64,000 nt of DNA, taken from contig DF237132.1 in the NCBI GenBank assembly GCA_000708835.1, forward strand, positions 1-64,000, written 5' to 3'. The first letter of the stretch is position 1, and every line of letters starts with the position of its first letter. Made by a program: the position numbers and the translations under genes. The notes under the pieces were generated by a model. The model did not search any database and was not told the origin of the DNA. It was given only the letters and a program-made list of their open reading frames with translations. The DNA comes from Klebsormidium nitens (Eukaryota > Plantae > Klebsormidiophyceae). Of this stretch, positions 38,701 through 50,896 are shown in pieces.

Positions 38701-41099
38701 CCTCCCAGGGGACTGCTGCTGACGCGGAATAGAAGCGCCCTGTACAAATGTGCAAAAAAGAGCTGATTGCTAGAATTGGGGCCGCTCATCTGAAAGAGAG
38801 GAGTGAAGTAAACCTTCTGTCCTGCAATAAGAGTATGTTTTCACGCGAGCAGCCCCGACGGGACAGAAGCGCCCAGCAGGAGAAATTGCTAATCATGCCA
38901 GAAATTATGGTTCTTAATCGTAAGGAGATCGTGTTGTATAACAGATCAAGAGTGACCTCATTCGAGTAGCTCCCGTACCATTGCGAGATATTGTGACCTT
39001 TCAGGACCGATGAGCGCCTTCTTGTGGGAGTCGAAGCATGTGAAGCTTACAGGTAGTTGATGGGAAGCGGCGATATCTCAATCGATCGTAAAGGGAGGGA
39101 CTGCTGTCCAACCAGAGTCAACAAGTTGAGTTTTCCAAACACTTGATGGTGTTTTGCTAGTCTCGCCTAAAGCGGGGTGCCAACGTTCAGCCCATCATGC
39201 CCCACTAGGACCACAATCTACGTATCACAGTCTTCGTGCTGAAAATCTGTGAAGGGACTCCACGACAGCTCTTTTCCATTCACAGTCGCGCTAGAGATGC
39301 CGCAGAAGAGGGGTTCGACACTCTCCACCCACCCCAGAAGGGAGTCGTCCCCTTGCCCAATATCGTGCCCCAGCTCCACTAGCTTCAGAATGGCGTCATA
39401 CGCCTTTTGGTAGTCCCCAATCTTGGTGCGCGCTTGCACCAACGAGACATACATCTCGGTTGGCGGCGTCAAGTGGTCCGAGTCCTGCAACATGCAGCCC
39501 TCATCAGGTCTACATAAACTGGTGAGAGGGGAAAGACATGCGCTTTTGAACGACCAAATCTGTGCGTCGAAGACTCTGCTGAGAATGCCACAGAAAAGAT
39601 GAAGTCACCCTCCAATTTTCTTTGGACGGTGTGGAAAAAACAACTTGACGAGGCCCAGAAGCAAGCGGAACTTGTAGTAAGGAGGTGGTATAGACCAAGT
39701 AAGATATAACGAGGCCCTTGCAACCTAAAGGCCGAGCGTAATTCGTGCACGGAAGCGGAGTGCAGTTCAACGGATACAGACATGCGCTAAAATGGTTATG
39801 AGCGATACAACTTACTAACATAAAATTGGAGTGCCGGAGAAGCTCTTTGAGTGGTTTCCACGTCAGAAGAAAGATACTACTGGTCGGACAAGAAGAAGAG
39901 AGAAACAGGATGAAATCAGTCGCACGTAACCCACCTGCATCTGCTCAAACAGCTGCACCACAACGTCTGCCTTGGACAGCGCCTCTGCCGTCTTGATAAC
40001 AACCCGGTACGCTGACGTGAGCTCCTGCGGGGCCCACTGCTGCTTCCGACACCACTCCAAGACCGGCTGGAGCTTCGTCAGCGCCTTCCTCTCCCCAATC
40101 TCCTGGATCTACATGGAACTCGGGGGGGAATGGGGTTATGCTCGTTTTTCATTGACCACTGAACTAGGCTACTATATGGCACCAATTGTGAACTTGAGCA
40201 GAAGGGGCTAACTTTGAAAGTGACAGTCCCTTAGGAACACTTGTGATTGAATTGCTACAAGTGCCACCAAACGCGCTTGGCAATCTCCTCGAGTTCTGTC
40301 ACGGGAGGTATAAACACAGATTGACCGGAAGCTGATCGTACTTCGCAAGAGCCCATCATGCGTAAGGTTACTGAGATTCAGAAAGTACTGAGAATCGCTT
40401 TTAAGTCACTGGCATCATATGCTTTGCCCAACAGGTGTCGTTGTAAAGCATAGCAACAGGAGGCCTCACCAGTTGAAGCACACACTTGGGATCCAAGCTC
40501 CCCTCCCAGTGGTCCAAGTATGCAAGCGCTCTTGTCTCATCAGTTTCCCTCATGAGTCTTGTGAGCGCCTTGTCTACAAGCCTGGCCTTAGCACCTTGGG
40601 GAGCCAGATTGTCCCAAACCCCTCTCTGAAAACGGTCATCTACAGTTGGGCCAGCTTCCAAAACCTCTAATCTTTCCGTAATGCTGTCTGCAGTGGTTGA
40701 ACCGGGGTCCATCGCTTGGGCGAGGTCGCTAAACGATGCCTCTAAGCTGTAATCACTGTCCTGGAGCGCATGCAGGGCTTTTCTATGTTTCCTACTTCCG
40801 CATCTGGAGTCTTCGGTTTCTAAGTAGCCAAAGGATAGAAAGCCTGACTGTACACTGGATTGGTATGTCACCCGTCGACCACTCCCACTGCGATGACCGG
40901 AAACACGGGGATAACCCCGACACCCCTTTGGTGCTCTACGCATAAGCATGTCCAAACTCACAAACACTTGATCGTATCTGGTGGTGCAAAAGGATGAAGT
41001 GTTGCTGTTGCTGGGGATTGCTTCGCAGGGCCATACAGCATGCGCACGGGCCGGTGTCCTCATACTTGAAGGCACGCAAACGCAACCACTGGGGACCAT
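29777..41099 (-). CDS. Large multi-exon pentatricopeptide-repeat (PPR) protein, probably organelle-targeted
   Basis: GC-rich exons encode PPR motifs: EPTLTQLNYLMGAFTKAGRKAEALGFYEELLEADLRPNAVTYGTLMD, YHLMIDTLATNGQVDEARALLKEM, RPDTTKYNVLIDACIRAERPGEVTRWLAAMKERRVPFDSITFNMVIGAYAGRGD, ERDVFTYNTLIRGY. Ser/Arg-rich N-terminus and charged low-complexity C-terminus. The start and the join near 38500-38040 are uncertain, so this could be two genes. Confidence 0.78.
34401..34454. repeat. Perfect 18-bp tandem repeat x3 (intronic)
   Basis: agacaggacatgaagtca at 34401, 34419 and 34437. Confidence 0.95.
35105..35365. repeat. Degenerate ~100-bp tandem repeat x3 in a PPR intron next to a donor site
   Basis: ctc(t/c)cagcgct...cgcagct(t/c)aaccca at 35128, 35231 and 35329. 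Confidence 0.75.
36682..36982. repeat. 134-bp period tandem repeat overlapping a PPR exon 3' end
   Basis: Core c(t/c)gg(t)aca(a/g)tt...gcggcctgg(t/a)cgca at 36682, 36816 and 36950 (spacing 134/134). The copy at 36950 is the exon end LCDQAAELYQ|gt. Confidence 0.8.
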
Positions 41100-41941
41100 G
41101 GTGGAGTGGAAAAGATGCTGGCCGCAATCACTTTGGTGCAGCCTTCGAAAAGAAATACTTTCAACACCGACACCACCAACTTTGTTTCCGCTGCATGAAG
41201 CGTGATCTTCAGATGTACATGTATCACGAGCAGTGGTGGTACAGCTCAACTGGATGAGCCTCCAGTGACCCTATACACAGACTGAACCACCTCTTTGGAG
41301 GAGCCTTTTCTATGGCGCCCGGAGCAGAAGCAGCTGGGGGGGAAATGAGATCATGACACTGTCGTTCTTGAACGCTGGCCGTGCGCAAGGGAAGGAGGAG
41401 TACCTAATAGTATTGGAGAAAAATGAGGAGCACTCAGCAGAATGTAATCTTATGGGAAAATTCTGTCCATTGGCATCACCAAATCAAGAACAGCTGGTCA
41501 CCGCTACAGTACCGGTTTCCGCTTCTCCGGCTTCATACTAGGATAGGCGGGGTCTGAGATTCATGCCGGTTGCCGTTGCCGGTTCCCCGATACGCCGTGA
41601 AATTCTGCGATGCAAATCAAAATCCTGAAATTCAACAGCTTCAAAATAAAAGTCAAAATGCCTGAGGCTGGAGCTCACTGGAGGCTGACGCCCCGGAACA
41701 GTGAAAGCTAGTGCAATGCAGGAAGGGAGGCTGCTCAGGTTTATGTCCAATGGGTGCAATGAAACAGCGGGCAAAGGCGCTTGGCAATGTGGATGGAGGC
41801 AGTTTGGGCTCACTAGCATCTGACACAATCACGGGACTATTCCCATAATCGGCACTCTGCAGCTAGCGCACCATCTACTCTCTTCTTCAACCCAAGTTCG
41901 ATTCTGAGCTTACACACTAGAACGTGTTCACTACACAATCA

Positions 41942-42832
41942 ATGCACTGCACGAGGTGGTTGCGCTTCACAGGCCCTTTTGCGGCAATCAAGACCAGCGT
42001 AAGCACAACTAGAGGCGGTGCCACGAGCAAACCACAATCTGGGCCACCAAATCCTGCATTGCTCCTCAAGGCAGAGGCCCATTCCAGCAGAGCGATGCCT
42101 CCAGTGCGCCGCAGCTCCCGCTTGGCGAAGAATCAAGAGGAGGCCAGCCTTGCTGATGAATCAGTGCTCAAGGAGCTGGCTCCTAACCCCCCAATCCCCA
42201 CCAAAACAGGGCCGACAAGAGACGCCGAAGCACTGCAGTGGGCAGCGGGTTTCAAGCGGGTGGCCGGAGTTGATGAAGCGGGGAGGGGGCCGCTGGCAGG
42301 CCCGGTAGTGGCGGCCGCCTGCATTCTACCCCCCAATTTCGAGATTCCAGGGGTAGATGACAGCAAGAAAGTGTCTGAAGCAAACCGTGATCGGTTGTAC
42401 GATATCATCACCAATGCGCCGGGGGTGGAGTTTGCAGTCTCAGTGGTGGATGTGGAGACGATCGATCAGATTAACATCTTGGAGGCGGCTATGCTTGCGA
42501 TGGCAAACGCTGTAAAATTAGTGCGCGCAGACTTTGCCCTTGTTGATGGGAACCGGATACCGAAGCAACTGGCTGCTAGCGTTTCAAAGGCAATAGTTGG
42601 GGGAGACGCGCTCTCCACCTCAATAGCTGCAGCTTCAATCATTGCGAAAGTGACAAGAGACAGGCTGATGTGTGAATTCCATGAGCAGTGGCCAGAGTAT
42701 GGGTTCAAGGCTCACAAAGGATATGGAACAGCAGCTCATATGGAGGTGTTGAAACGCTTGGGGCCTGTCGTAATACACAGAAGAACGTTCCAGCCTCTGA
42801 AGGGCTGGTTAGAGCAACGGTCAGCAAAGTAG
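41942..42832 (+). CDS. rnhB: Ribonuclease HII, bacterial type, intronless, with an N-terminal extension
   Basis: Single ORF with VAGVDEAGRGPLAGPVVAAA, DDSKK, IDQINILEA, LVDGN, IVGGDALSTSIAAASIIAKVTRDRLM and YGFKAHKGYGT...H. The start could be 41942 or a downstream ATG. Confidence 0.95.
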   Translation: MHCTRWLRFTGPFAAIKTSVSTTRGGATSKPQSGPPNPALLLKAEAHSSRAMPPVRRSSRLAKNQEEASLADESVLKELAPNPPIPTKTGPTRDAEALQWAAGFKRVAGVDEAGRGPLAGPVVAAACILPPNFEIPGVDDSKKVSEANRDRLYDIITNAPGVEFAVSVVDVETIDQINILEAAMLAMANAVKLVRADFALVDGNRIPKQLAASVSKAIVGGDALSTSIAAASIIAKVTRDRLMCEFHEQWPEYGFKAHKGYGTAAHMEVLKRLGPVVIHRRTFQPLKGWLEQRSAK

Positions 42833-43896
42833 TTCGTCAAAATCTCATGTTGACACGGGATCAGAGGATTGGCACAAGAGAGGGCCTCTACTCAGTCACC
42901 AGTACAGTTAAATTGCTGGTCCAACAGTCTAGCCTGAGGTCCTTAAGAACATGGTTTCCTACTAGCTAAACAGTTCATAATTCAGAAGGTCAACTAATGC
43001 AGTGTCTTCTTAGGAATTCAAATTGTCTTGTCCTGCTTTTGAGGACTGACAACAATTATCGTCCAAGAGTCAGAAGTCTGTTCATCAGAATCTGGTCGAA
43101 TGTGCTCAAGCAGAGGCGCTGCCAAATATGGCCGCCAGTGCAGCCCCTAAATTAGGGACAAGCTCATGTGGATACAAGCAACCCTTGTCAGCAGAGGCTA
43201 TCTTTTACAGACTGATGTGATGGCAATTAGCATCATGTTAAAGTCACGGCCCTAAGACAGGTGCTGTTGATCAAACGATTACATACATGCACATGCATTT
43301 CATGTGACATCTGACTTGATCGAATCATGTGTTGGAGAAGAGCCTGCGGTGGGTATGTCAGAGCTGCACAACTTAAGCTCGTGGGCATGATTTAAGCTTG
43401 ATTGAGAAGTCTTGGTGAAAATCGTGCACAGAAAGTTACAGTCGTTGGAGACGCACTTCAAGCTCATCTGACACGTGAATGACTTAACACGGGCTGGAAA
43501 CGTGGTGTCTTGGTCGGCCGTGACGCGTCTATACAGCATTTACCTCTAGCTACAAATGTACATACTTTTCTGCATGGATGCCATGCAACGTACCCATACA
43601 ACCCCTGACTCTAACAACTCACCGAGTCAAAAGCAACTGCGGTGGACGTACCTCGTACGAGTAGGATTAATATTACCGTCAGGTGTTCAATTGCGAACGA
43701 ACCCTCAACTCGAGGCCCCGCACCATATCAAACCATGACCAACGCGGACCTTTGATGGAATTGACTGAGACGACTTCTGCATGCAGCCAGAATGATTCAC
43801 TAATCTGCCAAACACATTACGTGAACGCCTTCTGGGCTAAGCAATATAGCATGAATACGAGATCTGGCCGGGCCTGTTCCGCTGAACGGCTCGACT

Positions 43897-46800
43897 TCAT
43901 TCTGGATACGGATTCTTGAAGACGGGCAGGCTTCCATCGTACGTGGACTTCGCCACGTCACCGCGGGTGATCAACCGGGGGCCCACTGGCGGGCCTCCCG
44001 CCTTCGGCCGAATGTCCTGCTCAGACGCGCACGGCTTCGGTTTACGACTTGATCAGAAAGCACGGGACTTGAGAATCTCCAACTTTTGGACGAGCAGAAT
44101 CGAAGCGTCAAGCCTTGACACAAGGGCGCATGAAACTGGAAATAGACGTGTCGTCCAACGTCTACTTGAAACTCGCTGCATAGCTATGGGCGAAGAAAGT
44201 TTCGAGAGGATACTTGAAGTATCTGCCACGTCCTGACCTGGTCGAAGATTGCGATCGGGATGGCGAGCGTTGCGCACGCGTTGGGGGCGTCGACAATCCC
44301 CGAGATCCTTCCCTCGCACGGACAGCAGGACAGCAACAAGTAGATCTGCACGCCCGAAGACGCGGCCAGTCATCAATCTCCTGTTCTTATCCGTTTCAGC
44401 CCCTCTTGAAAGCGTTAGATTCTCATGATGAAGCCCACTTCGAGTCCGCTTGCGGGACTTTGTCAACTTTCTCAGAGTCTTTAAGTGCAGGAAACAGCAG
44501 GCAACAAACATATTGTTTTTATACAAACCTTAAGGGAGAGGGATGCGATGCGAATCGCCGTTTTGAGGCCGACGAACGGATTTGTTGTCCGGGCAAACGA
44601 GGGGGCATTCCGGCCGCAAAGAAGCAGTCGGGACAGAGTTGGTCAAAGAGTCGCCAAGAAAGTTTCCCGAATCGACATTCCCCAAAGGGCAGCGCTGTCC
44701 TCTTACCGGAGGAGAGGAAGCGCGTCTTGCAGCGGCGATCCGGCTGACTGTGTTCAAACCATCAACCCACCAATGCTCGACCTAAAATCCCTCCACCTAA
44801 AAGCTTTCATCGCTACGAACCAACGGCTGAGTAGCCACTCAGTGCATGTCGACATCACTGGCCGCTAAGCGACTTGCGCCTCTGCGTCCTCTAAGGTGCT
44901 TAGTACTCATTCATTGGACCTAGGGTAATCAATTGCAATAAGTGAGCGAGCGAGCGAGTGATGCGCCTAGCCCTAAAGCCGCTTCGAACTCACCTGCGCT
45001 TTGGTGTACCCGAACTTGGCGAGGTACTCGATGCAGTTGAGCACCGCGCGCTTGTAGGCGACGCTCGCGTCCAGGAAGTGCTGCCGCCCCGTCTCGTCCA
45101 CGGAGATGCCCTCGAAGACGAGCCACTCCGAGAAGCGCGGCTCCAGCGGGCCGATCTCGAAGAGCGGCATCACGTGCAGCTTGGTGGGGCCCATCGGGGT
45201 CAGGTACTGCGCCATGCCGCCGCGCAGGATCGACACCCTGCGCGAAAGTAGGTCGTGAAATCTGAGGCTGGAAAGTGTGACTTTGCTTTTCTTGGTTTTT
45301 GCGTGTTTTGATCTAGGGTGGCGACGCTTGAGGCCCCATGGTGCTCCTTGCAGGCGTTTGGAGGACTTGCGAAACCACTGTGGTCATGAAGAGAACCTGG
45401 ACAACGATTTCTTGCAAGGCCGAGGCGACTTTCTTTGGGAGACAAATCAGACGTCGCCAGGCCCTCATCGGATTCAGCGGCTACGGTTCGAACCGGGGAA
45501 GGTTTCCGAGGGCTGTGAGTATATTCGAGATACGGCAGGAGGACGAAACAACTCGGAACGGTTGAACAGCAGGTGGGGCGACAGGACACTCATTTGCACA
45601 ACGGCCGCTTCTTTCGCTCTTGGTCTGACACCTAACGAAAATGATGGCGGTGGTGGGGGATCCCCGTTGTGATGTTCGGAGGGAGAGCAGCGCCTGATCC
45701 GACGCACCGAGTCGGGTTGAATAGCATCCAACGAGAACAGGAGTTGAAAATGTAAACAAATCTGAGACGATCCGCAGCTGATTCCTTGACTGAATTCTCA
45801 TTTTCCAGACACTCTCGGGTGTCTTTTTCAAGCAATTGCACCTCGTGTACACTTATTTTGACCGGACAATCATCCTCGTCAGGCACTAAGCCTTCGCAGC
45901 ATTTTCTTTTCCTCTAGCCGGGCTTCTATCAAGAGTGCTGAAAGGGAGCCAGCTTGCGAAAAGACTCGTCGAAGGCTCCTCTACCTCATCGACGTCGACT
46001 TTGAGATTCAGCAATCCAGTCTCCATCGCTCGGAGCTTCTGTTGGCAGACGAATGTACAGACGTATGGGGAAAAACATCTTAGGCACTTTTGTACGGCTC
46101 TAATGAATTCTCTTTAACCAGCTTGGTTACCGCAACCTTCCCTTCCCTTCAAAGCGAAGGAATGGAAACAAGCTCTCTCTTTTGCCAGCGGCTCACTTGA
46201 GCTCCAGGAAGCCGCTCATCTCGATGGCGCCGCAAAAGGACACCTCCCCGTCCCCTTGCGAGAAGTGCATGTCGCCCATGCTCAGGTTCGCGCCTTCCAC
46301 AAACACCGGAAAGTACACCTTACAACCGCGGCTCAGGTTCTTGATGTCACAATTCCCGCCATTCTCACGCCCCGGCACTGTCCGTGCAGCTTCGCCCGCA
46401 ACGCGATCCCACTCGGCACCCTTCTCAACCTGGGATAAGGACAGCGATTGGTAAAATGACATAATAATCCGCTCGAGCGGCTATCTTTCGAGCACCATGT
46501 GTCAGACCTTCCTTTCTAATTCCAGAAGCGTTTAGGACCGGAAAGCCCTTCTGCGAAAGGAAGATCTGAGGGCAGAACTCCTTTGCTACTAGGGCAGTAT
46601 CGGGTCCGACAGGGAGACGGACGCTTCAGCCGAACACTTACACTTCGAGAGGTGCGCTCCGTTCAAGGTTTCTTTCCTTTTACGTCCCTGAATAAAGTGC
46701 AAAAGTCGGTCACAAACAGAGTGTTAATGGAAGCCTCACCCCCCAAGTCTTAGAGACTACCTAAAGGAAAGTTGTGCACCAGGTCCAGGGGCCAGATACA

Positions 46801-48825
46801 TACCTTCCCGAGGCAAGCTCCCGTTGGCGTTGGCAGGTTTGCGAGCGGGCGGGTGTGCAGGACGCCCCCCAACGTAATGCCATTCTCGCCCTCGTCCACC
46901 AGGGCCTTCTCGCGCGTATTCCAGATATCCAGCAGCTCCTTGGAAGGCGCCGTGCCGATCAGACCTGGGGTGATTGAGTTGCAAAACTGTTGAGGTAACC
47001 AGACGCGCTACTTTGTTATCACGTGTAGAATCGATTTGTTGTGTTGCTTGCCGGAGAAATGTTCGACAGTGTTCAAAGCTGCCCGTCGACGTTGACTATT
47101 TGAAACAATTGGGGCGCATACACTATAGGCGTTAGGTGGAGCCCATGCTGCATACTTTTGAATGCCTTTGGAACACAAGATTTTAGCTGCATCTTTATAG
47201 CAGGAAGTACATTGTTCTGACTTGAAGTGCTATTCTAGAGGGCTTGTCACATGTCGAGAATGTCTGGCTATGAGCGACCATCAAGAGCAGATCACAGATA
47301 ACGCTCGACTTGAAGGGTCTGGTGCCAGTGCCGCATTCTTGCCCAGAAATCAAGAGCTTATCTGCCCCCCCCGTCAAAGCCTGTACTGGTATGCTAGGAG
47401 AGCCTCACTTCTGCTCTGAAATAACTTCCGCATGAAAGGGCTTCTCCAGCGGTATGATACTCTGGTTGTTTTAAGGATTCCTCAGGAAATACTGCGCAAA
47501 ACTCAATGTAGCATGATGTCTCCCCCAGCTTGCTACCATAAGCGATCCTCCAGGTGAATCTGTGGCGGTCACCACTTCTTGCTCAAACTGGCAACCTTTC
47601 AAGTAGGTGGTAAACCAAATCATTTCTCATTACAAAGTCACAAGATGCAAGATTTTCCACCGACCTGGGTGAATGAGCCCCGGGAAGCGGACCCCCGGTA
47701 TATGGCGGCTGTGCGCATAGATGCCGTCAAAGTGCCAGACAGCTTTGGTTGCCTCCGGAAAGTGGTCCGTCAGAAACCCGCCCCCATTGTCCCTGTCAAA
47801 TGTTCCTGTAAACCCCCATTCATCGCCAGGTAGGGCCCCCAGGTTACAGATCTCGACCACAAGAATGTCGCCCGGAAGTGCAGGGTTGTCTTCCTGGTCG
47901 TGAACCCTGATTGGGCCACTGAGGTAGTGCACTTGGGACAGGTCGACCTTTTTGATGTCTTCCGAGGAGTCGTCGTCTTTGATCTGGCCGCCTGAGGAGA
48001 GAAATTGGGTGGGCTTCTGTGGCCTCGGTGGTGAGTTCTTGGTGGGCTTTGAAGGAGTTTGCTCCATTATTCAACATGCAGAACGAGTGGCTGTGAGAGG
48101 TTTGATGGCTTGGCATTGAGTGAGAGACGTGCGTAAAGCTTTCGCCATGGAAGCTTGAAATTCTTCACAAAATCTTGATCAGGAAAGAAGGTTGCCCCTT
48201 GTGTGGAAGGCCTGCGAGTGATTGTCTAATGTACTTCAAACTGTCAACGGACCCCCCTTAGGCACACCCTCTACAACGTGAATTTGACTAAAGGCCCCAG
48301 GGTACCATCCCAAGCCAAATTTCTAAATGCTTGCAGGTCAGCCACATAGGCAATGCAGCGGTTGTGAATGAGGAGTTCGCCAAGATCTGGTCTGTTGCAC
48401 CATCCAACACTCCAGCCATTAGGCCAATAGTTCTTGATTGGCCTTCTATTGCACAGCTTTGCATACCCTTCTACTTCCGGAGGCCGTCTGTAAGACCTTC
48501 TTGAGAGGTGAGGAAACAACGTTAAGTCAGTAAGATTTGAACCAGATCACAAGCGAACATCTTCATCGAGTAAAACCCAGTATTGAAAAGTCATTATTGC
48601 GGAACAGTCACATTTGAAAGGCATCACACCCATCAGGACGGTCACGGCTGACAGAGCAACCACACCTGTCCAATCGATGGTTTCCACCCGGAAGAGTGTG
48701 CCCTCCTTGACTGTCTCCACTGGGGGGATGTCTGGGTGCCACCTGTTGTGCAGCGGTTTCTCCTGCTCCCAGGGCTTCTTGGCAACATCAACACTGATCA
48801 GGGGGGTGGGGGTGTTAGGAGCCAT
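43897..48825 (-). CDS. fmdA: Formamidase (FmdA/AmdA acetamidase-formamidase family)
   Basis: Seven exons give LHNRWHPDIPPV, VHYLSGPI, PGDILVVEI, WGFTGTFDRDNGGGFLTDHFP, GVRFPGLIHPGLIGTAPS, ARTVPGRENGGNCDIKNLSRG, LSMGDMHFSQGDGEVSFCGAIEM, DASVAYKRAVLNCIEYL and YLLLSCCPCEGRISGIVDAPNACATLAIP; stop at 43899-43897. Confidence 0.95.
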
Positions 48826-49097
48826 AATGCTCAGAATGCTGAGGGGCGAAAGGGCGCTCAGATCAATCAGCGACGAGCTCGTCTCCTTTGCTTGTCAACA
48901 ATGCAAGGTCACCAGACTAATAGACCCTTTAAAATGCTGTTTCATAGTCCCCCCTCCTGAATGGCTGCATTATCCTGGCAGATTGACCAAGATGCAAGGA
49001 GCTTCTCAGCAAGAGCAGTTGCCAGCTCTCCTGCTGCTGCACCAGCTTCTTCTCTGCACATCATACCCATCATATCAAGGAATTTGTGGGTATTTCT

Positions 49098-49598
49098 TTT
49101 AAGGTCGAACTTCCCTAATTCGGACGTGCAAAACCCTAATACCGTAGGAACGATTATGTCGAAGACGTCTTCATGCATAACTTGAGCGTCTCTTCATCTT
49201 TTTGAGATTCGTCTTTTGCAACATGACGGGCATGTCAAATGGATGCTAGGAAGCTCTAGTCGGCAGAAAACAACCACTCTAGCTATGTGTGGTGACGTGT
49301 GCAAAACATGCCTTTTCAGGCAAATTCTGCGCAGCGTTCGGAATCACGTGTGATTCCGAACGCTGCGCAGAACTGCCTGAAAAGGCATGTTTTGCACACG
49401 TCACCACACATAGCTAGAGTGGTTGTTTTCTGCCGACTAGAGCTTCCTAGCATCCATTTGACATGCCCGTTATGTTGCAAAAGACGAATCTCAAAAAGAT
49501 GAAGAGACGCTCAAGTTATGCATGAAGACGTCTTCGACATAATCGTTCCTACGGTGTTAGGGTTTTGCGCGTCCGAATTAGGGAAGTTCGACCTTAAA
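49098..49598. repeat. ~500-bp near-perfect palindrome (250-bp arms, 2-nt spacer)
   Basis: Arms 49098-49347 and 49350-49598 differ by three substitutions and one small indel/mismatch site. The ORF track shows the same peptide MHEDVFDIIVPTVLGFC.SELGKFDLK on opposite strands. Confidence 0.97.
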
Positions 49599-50398
49599 TG
49601 CATGTGCAGACCAAAATTGAACCCTAGACTGCAAGGAATGGCCCTCGTCTCGCCGGTTCAATTCGCCGAGTCACAGGCGTTGCCAAAGCGTCAAGCACAT
49701 CTGCGTGCGCACTTCCTCGCGCGATTCAATAACCACGGCGCCTGTGCGAGCACCAAAGTGCGCTACGTTTTTTCAAAGCTGCCGCTACGTGCCACTTCTA
49801 TATCCGTTAACAACACCGGTAACGAGGGGGTCCCTGAGCAAGGTCTAGGCGACACTAGGGCTGCATGCAGGGTTACAGAGGTAAGCATGATGGGTTGCAA
49901 ACCAGTGCGAAAGCGTTGCAACTTTGCTGCAAGGTGGTCGCGGCATGAGCGCCTGGCACTGATCTTACCATATCTGGAGAGGCTGCTTGAGAGCCTGTAT
50001 CGGTAAGTATTGCAGGGGTCAAGGGAAGTGCAATGCGAGCGCTCCTTGTTTCAGAATGGAAGGTCTTCGGAAAAATGCAGGTCCATGAGGTTGAGTTTGC
50101 AGGAACCAAGAATATAAAGGCTGCAGTGGAGCTGGGCTGCTGATCAAGTCTTAATCCAAAACAACAAGAGCGCTAGGACGTGTCGTTCTCAAGCCCTTGC
50201 TTGTGCTTTTCAAGTCGCATTTCAGTGTCACAACACGGTTTGTAGAAGCTAAGCCAGGCGGAGAAACACAGTTGCTACGATTAGCTGGGAGTCACTTCCC
50301 GTTTGCATTTCCAATTTTGCAGAAATTTCAAGTTTTGCGGTGCCAGTCAGGCAGCGAGCTCTATCGGAGGACTACGACGAGAAGGCGAGACAGGATTC

Positions 50399-50896
50399 AT
50401 GGGCAAGAAATTTGCACAAACGCTTGAGCTCAAACCGGACAAAGCCCTTATTGATGAATACATAGAGTATCACAAGTTAGTTTGGCCTGAGGTGAGTACA
50501 CTCTGCCTGCAAGTTTGATGCATAACGCACCACCGATTCCATTTGACATGCCGACTCAGAAGTTGTGGTCTTCAAATGCTCGTTAAATCAGATTGTGTCC
50601 CCACTGATAATGGGCATCTTCTTGGACAGGTACTCCACAGTTTGAAGGAAATTGGGATTCTGGACATGACAATCTGGCTTCATGGGAATCGGTTATTCAT
50701 GGTCTGCGAAGTGCCTGAAAGTTTCGATCCTTCGAAAGACTATCAAACTTATACAACTGATGCAATTTGTCAAAAGTGGGACACTCTAATGAAGGGCTAC
50801 CAACAAAAAGTGCCAACTGCCGAAGAAGGTGAATGGTGGGCAAGTATGCAAGAAGTGTTCGACCTGAACACGCAACTTAAGGCCTTGAATGCTTAG
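50399..50896 (+). CDS. rhaM: L-rhamnose mutarotase family protein (RhaM/DUF718)
   Basis: Exons 50399-50491 and 50630-50896 give 119 aa: MGKKFAQTLELKPDKALIDEYIEYHKLVWPEVLHSLKEIGILDMTIWLHGNRLFMVCEV...QKWDTLM..YQ...WW..M.EVFDL, with the Y-x3-H-x2-VWPE signature. Confidence 0.88.

Noticed and set aside
41538-41828. Minus-strand ORF as a possible first PPR exon
   Set aside because: Ends in an in-frame stop with no clear in-phase donor; the ATG at 41099 already supplies a plausible transit peptide.
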